A DNA stretch of 64,000 nucleotides, taken from an uncultured bacterium. GTDB taxonomy: Bacteria > UBP4 > UBA4092. Below, in pieces: positions 30,785 through 38,449 of the stretch. The notes under the pieces were generated by a model. The model did no database searches and had not been told where the DNA came from. It saw only the letters and a program-made list of their open reading frames with translations. Position numbers and translations under genes: made by a program. How positions within the stretch are numbered: position 1 is the stretch's first letter; every line of letters begins with the position of its first letter. The stretch is from assembly GCA_964644695.1 (NCBI GenBank), contig CAZXWN010000002.1, forward strand, positions 248,001-312,000, read 5' to 3'.

Positions 30785-33601
30785 ATGAGTATACCTCACG
30801 AATTAATTGATTTAGTCGATCGCTTTGATCGGAATAAAGAAGATTATAAGTCCAGTGGATATAATGAGACTCAAATTCGCCGTGAATTTATTGATCCATT
30901 ATTTATTTTAATGGGTTGGGATGTTAATAATAAAAATGGATATGGGGAAGCTTATAAAGATGTTATTCATGAGGACTCAATAAAAATTGGTGGAGAAGTG
31001 AAGGCTCCAGACTATTGTTTCCGTATTGGGGGGACACGTAAATTCTTCTTAGAAGCCAAGAAACCATTTGTCAATATAAAGCAGGATATTGGTCCTGCAT
31101 TCCAATTACGTAGATATGGTTGGTCAGCGAAACTGCCAGTTAGTATATTGACCGATTTTGAAGAATTTGCAGTCTATGATTGCAGGATAAAGCCACAGAA
31201 AAACGATAAATCATCCGTTGCAAGGATCATGTATTTTACCTATGACCAATATGTTAATAACTGGGAAGAGTTGAATGGTATCTTTTCTAAAGATGCGGTA
31301 TTAAAAGGGTCTTTTGATAGATTTGTGGAATCCAAGAAACAGAAAAAAGGAACAATGGGCGTAGATGATGAGTTTTTATTAGAAATTGAGTCATGGCGAG
31401 ATGTTCTTGCAAGGAATTTGGCAGTCAGAAATCCAAATCTTACTACCAGAGACTTGAACTTTGCTGTTCATCGTATCATTGATCGATTTATCTTTTTAAG
31501 GATTTGTGAGGACCGAGGAATTGAGAATTATGGTCGCCTTAGAGGGCTCTTAAATGGAGATAGGGTTTATCCACGGTTATGCCAATTTTTCACAGAAGCC
31601 GATGACCGGTATAATTCAGGTCTTTTTCACTTCAATACAGAAAGAGGTAGGGATGAAGTACCTGATAATCTAACCTTGACACTAAATATAGATGACAAGA
31701 TATTTAAAGACATTATTCGGAGTACTTATTATCCGGATAGTCCTTATGAATTTTCTGTATTACCTGCAGATATCCTTGGACAAATTTATGAACAGTTTTT
31801 AGGAAAGGTTATCCGATTAACTGAAGGACATCAGGCAAAAGTCGAAGAAAAACCAGATGTTCGAAAAGCTGGGGGTGTTTATTACACTCCGACATTTATT
31901 GTGGATTATATTGTAAAAAATACTTTGGGTGAATTGGTTAAAGATAAAACTCCTCAGCAAGTATCTAAATTGAAAATATTAGACCCAGCTTGCGGGTCTG
32001 GATCTTTCCTCATTGGAGCCTACCAGTTTTTATTAGATTGGCATAGGGATTGGTATTTCCAGAACAATCCTGAAAAACATCAAAAGGAAATATATAAGGT
32101 CGGATTAAATGACTGGAGATTAACTACCAAGGAAAGAAAAAGAATACTTCTGAATAATATCTTTGGTGTAGATATAGATTCACAAGCTGTCGAAGTAACT
32201 AAGCTGTCGCTTCTTCTGAAGGTCCTTGAAGGAGAAAATGAACAATCAATCAATAAACAGCTCGAATTATTTCATGAACGGGCACTTCCTGATCTCGGGA
32301 ATAATATTAAATGTGGAAATTCATTGATTGGGCCCGACTTCTATGACCAGCAAGAGTTTTTATTTTTGTCTGAAGAAGAAAAATATAGGATAAATGTGTT
32401 TGATTGGAATAAAGAGTTTGAGAATATTATGAGTAATGGGGGATTTGATGCGATTATTGGAAATCCACCATATATACCAATTGAAACTATGTTTGATTAT
32501 GAAAGAAACTATTACCAGCATTTAGTGAATTCTTTGGAAAGAAAGTATGATTCTTCGGTGATTTTTATTGCAGTTTTGGCTCAAAAAGTCGCTAAGAATG
32601 GTTTTCTTGGATTTATATCTTCGCTAACATGGTGGACTGGTGAAAACTATTCCTTGCTAAGGAAATTCTTACTTGAAAAAATTGGTTTTTTGAAGTTTAT
32701 AGATTTACCATTTAATGTGTTTAAAAATGCATATGTTGACACAGGGATATATATATTAACGAAGAAGTCGGTTAAAGAGTATTCGATATATAGATTTAAG
32801 AAGAAAGATAAAATTGACAATTTAGACAATATAAGGTTTGTGTCTATTCCAATCGATTCTATTTCCGCTCCAGATTATAAAATCGTTTTAAACTCTTTGG
32901 CTAAACAAATCATAACTCGTTGTGCTAGTGATAATAAGTTCGTACCTCTTGGTCGCATATCTATCTCTACACAAGGATTAACCGGAAGTAAGTATAAAAA
33001 GTATGATGTAAAAAATGGGGACGAATATTTTGAATATCTAGAAAAAGGTCAGGTTTATCGCTATTGCCAAGAAATTAAAACAATAAAATATGTAAATATG
33101 GAAACACATAAATCACTTATAAAGTATTATCTTGGTGTACCGAAAATATTAATACGCAGACTTGTCAATAGACAAGACCGAATAATGGCTACATATACTA
33201 CTGATACAATGGTATTCACAAAAGATATAAATCCTTTCTTAATAACTGACAAAAGACATGATACCAAGTGTATTTTAGGTATCCTGAATAGTAAACTGAT
33301 ATCCTATTTGTATGTAAATTCATCATCCATTGCTACTAAAGACGATTTTAGACAGACGACTTTAGCTGAACTTAGAAACATTCCTATCCCCCAGAATAGT
33401 GATGATAAAAGATGCGATTCAATAGTCCAGTTGGTAGATAATATGCTAGAGCTAAACAATAAGCTTCATCGGTTTACCACTCCCCATGAATTAAATACAA
33501 TTAAAAGGCTTATGAAAATTACTGATGAGCAAATAGATATGCTTGTTTATGAGTTGTATGGGCTTACTGAGGAAGAAATCAATATTGTTGAAAACCAGTA
33601 A
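30785..33601 (+). CDS. Type IIG (Eco57I-like) fused restriction endonuclease / m6A methyltransferase with C-terminal specificity domain
   Basis: N-terminal NETQIRREFIDP...PDY...EAK nuclease motif; GVYYTP, LDPACGSGSF (motif I), IIGNPPY (motif IV); C-terminal ILNSKL...IDMLVYELYGLT. Confidence 0.9.
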   Translation: MSIPHELIDLVDRFDRNKEDYKSSGYNETQIRREFIDPLFILMGWDVNNKNGYGEAYKDVIHEDSIKIGGEVKAPDYCFRIGGTRKFFLEAKKPFVNIKQDIGPAFQLRRYGWSAKLPVSILTDFEEFAVYDCRIKPQKNDKSSVARIMYFTYDQYVNNWEELNGIFSKDAVLKGSFDRFVESKKQKKGTMGVDDEFLLEIESWRDVLARNLAVRNPNLTTRDLNFAVHRIIDRFIFLRICEDRGIENYGRLRGLLNGDRVYPRLCQFFTEADDRYNSGLFHFNTERGRDEVPDNLTLTLNIDDKIFKDIIRSTYYPDSPYEFSVLPADILGQIYEQFLGKVIRLTEGHQAKVEEKPDVRKAGGVYYTPTFIVDYIVKNTLGELVKDKTPQQVSKLKILDPACGSGSFLIGAYQFLLDWHRDWYFQNNPEKHQKEIYKVGLNDWRLTTKERKRILLNNIFGVDIDSQAVEVTKLSLLLKVLEGENEQSINKQLELFHERALPDLGNNIKCGNSLIGPDFYDQQEFLFLSEEEKYRINVFDWNKEFENIMSNGGFDAIIGNPPYIPIETMFDYERNYYQHLVNSLERKYDSSVIFIAVLAQKVAKNGFLGFISSLTWWTGENYSLLRKFLLEKIGFLKFIDLPFNVFKNAYVDTGIYILTKKSVKEYSIYRFKKKDKIDNLDNIRFVSIPIDSISAPDYKIVLNSLAKQIITRCASDNKFVPLGRISISTQGLTGSKYKKYDVKNGDEYFEYLEKGQVYRYCQEIKTIKYVNMETHKSLIKYYLGVPKILIRRLVNRQDRIMATYTTDTMVFTKDINPFLITDKRHDTKCILGILNSKLISYLYVNSSSIATKDDFRQTTLAELRNIPIPQNSDDKRCDSIVQLVDNMLELNNKLHRFTTPHELNTIKRLMKITDEQIDMLVYELYGLTEEEINIVENQ

Positions 33602-33779
33602 TATATGAATTATCAAATTTGATTTGACGGTTTTAAATCTATGATATTGCAATCCATGATGCTTTTCTTGGACAGATTAATATAAACTCTCACAGGTCAA
33701 TTCAGGTATGTTAATATGAGCAGAATCGGTGAGGTCATCGGTTGATAAGAAATTCCCCGGATAATAGGGTATAAAAACT

Positions 33780-35738
33780 ATGAAAAAGACAGTTAAACTT
33801 CTGAATTACACCATCTTATTAAGTGTTTTGACATTGACGTGGTCCTATGGAGATATGGTTACCCTGGTCTCGGGTAATGAGATATTTGGACAGGTGATTT
33901 CTGAGGGAGTTGTTGTGAAACTTCGGACACCAACAGGTTCAATGGATATTCCTAAAAACCGGATCGCCAAAATTGTCCGGGAAAAACCTGATGTAACCTA
34001 TGCCAAATTTGGGAAGAACCTTTTTGACCGTAAGAATTATGTTTTAGCGTTGGATTACTATAAATTAGCTCTTGAACAGGCACCTGGGAATGAGCAATAC
34101 CAATCCATGGTTGCCCTGTGCGAGAAAAGTCTTGCTGATACCAAGACGGCAGAAGTTGAAGGATATATGGCCACCGCTCAGCGCTATATTGAGCAGAACC
34201 GTTTAATGGATGCATTGGATACTTATGACTCCGTAACTGCCATGGGGTTAGGGGAAGCGTGGGACACCCGCGCCAAACAGGGCATGTCAAAAGTTTATTT
34301 ATTACAAACACAGGGATTTCTGGAACCCGCTGATCGCGAAGCCCTGGTCGAGAAAGCGCTTAATGCAGACCCTACAAACCCTGAAGCTCATTACGAAAAA
34401 GGAATGGTCTTATTACAGAAGAAACAGCGGACGGATGCCCTTGAATCTTTTGAGCTGTCTGTCAATCTCGACCCGAATTTTGCCAAGGGTTTTAAAATGC
34501 TTGGGACTCTATATTTTGAGGATAAGAATTATCTAAAGGCCTCAGAAAATCTTGAGAAACTGAAAGCACTTTCTAAGGATTTATTCTCCAGCATGAAAGT
34601 GGCTTTGGTGACTTGTTATACAGAACTGGGGACTAAATCCTTCCAGGCTCAGAATTATGATGAAGCAAATCTCTGGCTTGAAAAAGCTATTGAGCTGGAT
34701 CCTAACCAGAACTGGCCTGTGTTATGGCAGACCAAATATCAACTTCGAAAAGCGGAAACCAGTCCTGATAATGCGGAAGACCAATTCAGCCTGGGGTTGT
34801 GGTGTTTGGATAAGAAGATGGACCAGGAAGCTCTGGAACATTTTAAAACTGCATATGCCGTTCAACCGGGGATGTATAAAGCTCGCCAGAAAATCCGTGA
34901 AATCACAGACAAATTTGCTTCAAGCCTTTATCAAAGTGCCGTTGCAAATTTGAACAGTCGAAATTATCAAGGTGCCATTACCGGATTCCAGCAATTAGCT
35001 CAGCAGTATCCGGACAGTTCTTATACACCGGATGCAAAACGGCTGGTGACTGCCACTCGGGAACAATGGGCGGAAATCATCTTCCGGGATTCCAAAGCTG
35101 CCTATGATGCAAAATATTATGATCGTGCATTGATAGGTTTCAAGAGAATCGTTGATGAGTTCTCTGATACAAACCGGTTTGTGGATGCCCAACGATTCCT
35201 CTCCCGTACTCGGACTTTAGTAAAAGAAACCGATACAGAAGTGGGTGAGCGCCAGCAACAAATGACTAATATTGATGAGATGATAGCCTCTTCCTATGGC
35301 AATGACAGTATTGCCTGGACCCAGATTAAAGGCTTATCCAATCTCACTAATCAGGCCTTGGAACGGGCACTGATGAACAGGACCCCACTGGAAAAGAGAT
35401 TAATGAGAGACAATCTCGATAAAGTGATTTACCTGTTTTATGATACCGACAGAGGCATTGATCGGTTGCGGCCCATTGCTATCCGGAATCGGCTTCCCGT
35501 AGGAGACCGTTCTAAAGTCCGGAATGATTCTGACTACCAGAAAATTCTTAAGTTGACGCTGATGATTCTCTTATCAACCGGTGAGGATTACCAGAATGCC
35601 TGGTTGGAATTGGCCCCATATTTTGGAACAAGCCGCAGTGAAGTAGAAGATAATCGGAGCCGATTTGGTGAAGAAACCCGTCGACTTCTGGATGATAACG
35701 CCGGAGAAGTTTATCAATTATTAAATTTACGCCGTTAG
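33780..35738 (+). CDS. Secreted tetratricopeptide-repeat protein with a BamD/YfiO-like TPR region
   Basis: Signal-like N-terminus; multiple TPR units (ALNADPTNPEAH, AIELDPN, YPDSSY). Confidence 0.85.
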   Translation: MKKTVKLLNYTILLSVLTLTWSYGDMVTLVSGNEIFGQVISEGVVVKLRTPTGSMDIPKNRIAKIVREKPDVTYAKFGKNLFDRKNYVLALDYYKLALEQAPGNEQYQSMVALCEKSLADTKTAEVEGYMATAQRYIEQNRLMDALDTYDSVTAMGLGEAWDTRAKQGMSKVYLLQTQGFLEPADREALVEKALNADPTNPEAHYEKGMVLLQKKQRTDALESFELSVNLDPNFAKGFKMLGTLYFEDKNYLKASENLEKLKALSKDLFSSMKVALVTCYTELGTKSFQAQNYDEANLWLEKAIELDPNQNWPVLWQTKYQLRKAETSPDNAEDQFSLGLWCLDKKMDQEALEHFKTAYAVQPGMYKARQKIREITDKFASSLYQSAVANLNSRNYQGAITGFQQLAQQYPDSSYTPDAKRLVTATREQWAEIIFRDSKAAYDAKYYDRALIGFKRIVDEFSDTNRFVDAQRFLSRTRTLVKETDTEVGERQQQMTNIDEMIASSYGNDSIAWTQIKGLSNLTNQALERALMNRTPLEKRLMRDNLDKVIYLFYDTDRGIDRLRPIAIRNRLPVGDRSKVRNDSDYQKILKLTLMILLSTGEDYQNAWLELAPYFGTSRSEVEDNRSRFGEETRRLLDDNAGEVYQLLNLRR

Positions 35739-35805
35739 TTTGATTCTGTGATACAATCCTGTCCAATAAGATATCTATCTTCGAAATCAGAAAAAGGTTG
35801 CGTTG

Positions 35806-36240
35806 ATGGAAACAACTGACACGACAAGATTCGTAAACTTGAATACGTATGCTGAAAGTCGCCCTGTTGAGGGTGATATAGTGATGGTATTGGATGGTCG
35901 TCATGAACAGCGTGGTATTAAACTCATCTCCTCTTACAGCCGTGCCATTCCCCGGTATTCAATTCATGAATTAATTGCCACCGATGAACGGGATAAAAAA
36001 CCGGGTGATACCCTGGACCGTATTTCGTATTTAGCTTTTTTTGAAGTAGTTGCTGGAGGATGTTTACTGGTGGGGCAAACTGTCAACATCGGGGGGCTCC
36101 CTGTGGGACATATTATTGGTTTTGATGAAACCCATGAACCGAATCATCTGAATATCATTATTTCAGTGTCAGAAAGAAAGACCGGACGAGAATTAGATCT
36201 CCATCCAGGATTTGGCGTCCGTTTTGAACTGCAGCGATAA
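35806..36240 (+). CDS. Uncharacterised beta-rich protein (recalled as DUF6917-like)
   Basis: Clean ORF; SRA...IHELI, YLAFFE and GFDETHEPNHLNI motifs. Family name is from memory only. Confidence 0.65.
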   Translation: METTDTTRFVNLNTYAESRPVEGDIVMVLDGRHEQRGIKLISSYSRAIPRYSIHELIATDERDKKPGDTLDRISYLAFFEVVAGGCLLVGQTVNIGGLPVGHIIGFDETHEPNHLNIIISVSERKTGRELDLHPGFGVRFELQR

Positions 36241-36317
36241 CCCTCAATAATTATTGGGGATAACGGGCCCCAGGATTACCTGTCCCGTAAATCGTGATAG
36301 AAGAAAGGGTTGTATTT

Positions 36318-37778
36318 ATGTCGTTCAAATATCGGTTTCAGATGTACAAAGAGTTACACAAAAATCTACCATCCATTTATGCGGATGCCCGGAAGTATGC
36401 GGATGAAATTGGAATCACCCCGGAGATGAAGGGGAAAGTTGGATTAACTGGAGCTGTTTCCAGTTGTCATGCCTTATTATCCAAAGAAGTAAGTCAGGCG
36501 ATGGATGATGCATCCCGGAAAGTTATTGAGAACAAATTTCTCGTCGAAGACATTCGGGAAATTGTGAAAGATGTTTACGGGGATGAATATGATGCTGCCC
36601 CCGTCAATACCTGTGAAGCGGCATTATGGGTCAGTTTTGATTGTCTATTTTCACCTCCTATGCAAGGCCGTGGCGATAGTTATCGTGCCCGGTATATTGC
36701 TCCCTATGAACGGCATTTACATCATCAAGGTTCTTATGGACGGCCTTTCCCGGGCAGATATAAAGACTTATTTGCCGACAGAGGTGTGACTGCGGGTGAA
36801 TTAGGTTTTAATGGAAAACGATTGGATCATGTGGATTCTGTGTTTGTAAAGATGGCTGGTGCTGATTATACAAATCATGGTATCAAAGGCCATCCTGCTG
36901 TTCTTCTGGGTGGACATAAATGCAAGGAGACATTGGAATCCATTGAGAAAACTGCAGAACGTCATGCTGACTCTTTGACTGGATTTACTTCTCTGGCTTA
37001 TGACACCAAAGGGTATGGTTATGGTGAGAAAGATGCCAATAATACTCCCTTATTCCAACAGGGTATTGCGGCTATTGCAAAAGAATATGGTGTTCCCTAT
37101 GTTGTCGATAATGCCTGGGGTACTCCTTTTACCGGAACAGACCCGCGCAAGATTGGTGCAGATGTGGTTTGTTATTCTATGGATAAGAGTGCGGGTGCGC
37201 CGACGGTTGGTTTGATTATTGGTAAGGAAGATGCTTTAGTCCCAATTCGTCGTGCATTAGGGTATCACTCAGACCGTTCTGGTGCAGGATTTTCTTATGG
37301 TAAGGCAGCATTTGTAGCCAATGATCCTGGTAAGGAAGCACTGGTAGGTTTGATTGCTGCGCTGAAAGTGTTGAAAGATAACCCCACGAAGATGCTGAAG
37401 CCGGTTGAACAGATGGCTCAAATTTGTCGTGAAGAATTTAAAAATCTCCCGGCCCGGTTTGTAAATGATATTGATATCAGTGTCAGTCAGAACTCACTGG
37501 CTGTTGAAGTCAATTATGAACGAACTTGGAAAAATGGACAGATGGGTATTCCTATTTTTGCTATTGAAGATATGTATTCCGGAACGAATATTTTCCAGGC
37601 GGGTATGATGCAAATGGGTATTATTCCTACGATTGCATATGATGCCAATATTTACATTTCTCTCGGATTGGGTACACTTGATGAAGACGGTAATTTGATT
37701 GAAGATGTGGCTCGTAAAATCGTCAAAGCCCAGGTCGGATTAATGAATATAACCTGCAAGTATGCCGGTGTTATCTAA
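36318..37778 (+). CDS. Fold-type I PLP-dependent enzyme, SelA/DgaE-like
   Basis: VVDNAWG (PLP Asp) and GADVVCYSMDKSAGAPTVGLIIGK (Schiff-base Lys). Start placed at ATG 36318. Confidence 0.78.
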   Translation: MSFKYRFQMYKELHKNLPSIYADARKYADEIGITPEMKGKVGLTGAVSSCHALLSKEVSQAMDDASRKVIENKFLVEDIREIVKDVYGDEYDAAPVNTCEAALWVSFDCLFSPPMQGRGDSYRARYIAPYERHLHHQGSYGRPFPGRYKDLFADRGVTAGELGFNGKRLDHVDSVFVKMAGADYTNHGIKGHPAVLLGGHKCKETLESIEKTAERHADSLTGFTSLAYDTKGYGYGEKDANNTPLFQQGIAAIAKEYGVPYVVDNAWGTPFTGTDPRKIGADVVCYSMDKSAGAPTVGLIIGKEDALVPIRRALGYHSDRSGAGFSYGKAAFVANDPGKEALVGLIAALKVLKDNPTKMLKPVEQMAQICREEFKNLPARFVNDIDISVSQNSLAVEVNYERTWKNGQMGIPIFAIEDMYSGTNIFQAGMMQMGIIPTIAYDANIYISLGLGTLDEDGNLIEDVARKIVKAQVGLMNITCKYAGVI

Positions 37779-37796
37779 TCAGGAGGATTGTAGTTT

Positions 37797-38186
37797 ATGA
37801 CGACTAAACGTGTGATTGATACAGAAAAAGCTCCCAGTGCTATCGGTCCATATTCACAGGCAATTAAGGCCGGGGGATGGATTTATACTGCAGGCGTTAT
37901 TCCTCTTGATCCTGCCACGGGTCAAATGGTTGAAGGCGATATTCAGGTTAAGGCTCACAGAGTCTTGGACAGTTTGAAAGCAATTATTGAATCTGCTGGT
38001 GCCAGTATGTCTGATGTGGTTAAAACAACCATATTTCTTAAGGACTTGAAGGATTTTGTGGCGGTGAATGAAGTCTATAGCCAGTATTTTTCTGCTCCTT
38101 TTCCTGCACGATCTACGGTTCAGGTTGCCATGCTGCCTAAAGACGCTGAAGTTGAAATTGAAGCCATCGTTTATCACCCTGAATAA
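37797..38186 (+). CDS. ridA: RidA family enamine/imine deaminase
   Basis: APSAIGPYSQA, VVKTTIFL, FPARSTVQV..LPK..VEIE (catalytic Arg present). Confidence 0.95.
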   Translation: MTTKRVIDTEKAPSAIGPYSQAIKAGGWIYTAGVIPLDPATGQMVEGDIQVKAHRVLDSLKAIIESAGASMSDVVKTTIFLKDLKDFVAVNEVYSQYFSAPFPARSTVQVAMLPKDAEVEIEAIVYHPE

Positions 38187-38215
38187 TCTGTTTACACCTC
38201 CTTTGGGGGAAGAAT

Positions 38216-38449
38216 ATGTCCAGTGCTAAAGACCGGATAATGGATGCGATAGACATCCAGAGTTTTTTGTTCTGTAACAGTGAAAAAGAAGCTCGAACCC
38301 TCATCGACAGTCTGATGCAGGAACTGGGTTTGGGACGATATGTTATTGTTTCGTTGGAATTTAATGGCCCGGGTGCTAATTTTCACGCCCGGGCCTATCT
38401 TAATAAACCCGGGGACACTTATTCCTGGTTGAAAGGGGGAATAGTATGA
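38216..38449 (+). CDS. Small protein resembling the aminomutase (KamE/OraE) dimerisation domain
   Basis: RBS GGGGAAG; ATGA overlap with the next gene; beta-alpha-beta-beta pattern DAIDIQSFL..EARTLIDSLMQELGL..VIVSLEF..GANFHARAY. Confidence 0.6.
   Translation: MSSAKDRIMDAIDIQSFLFCNSEKEARTLIDSLMQELGLGRYVIVSLEFNGPGANFHARAYLNKPGDTYSWLKGGIV

Noticed and set aside
35739-35805. Cobalamin riboswitch ahead of the B12 operon
   Set aside because: The intergenic region is too short and has no GGGAA/GCCACTG/B12-box elements.
36318-37778. Annotation as selenocysteine synthase selA
   Set aside because: Only the generic PLP motifs are shared; the SelA N-terminal tRNA-binding region is not recognisable and no selB/selC/selD is in the window.
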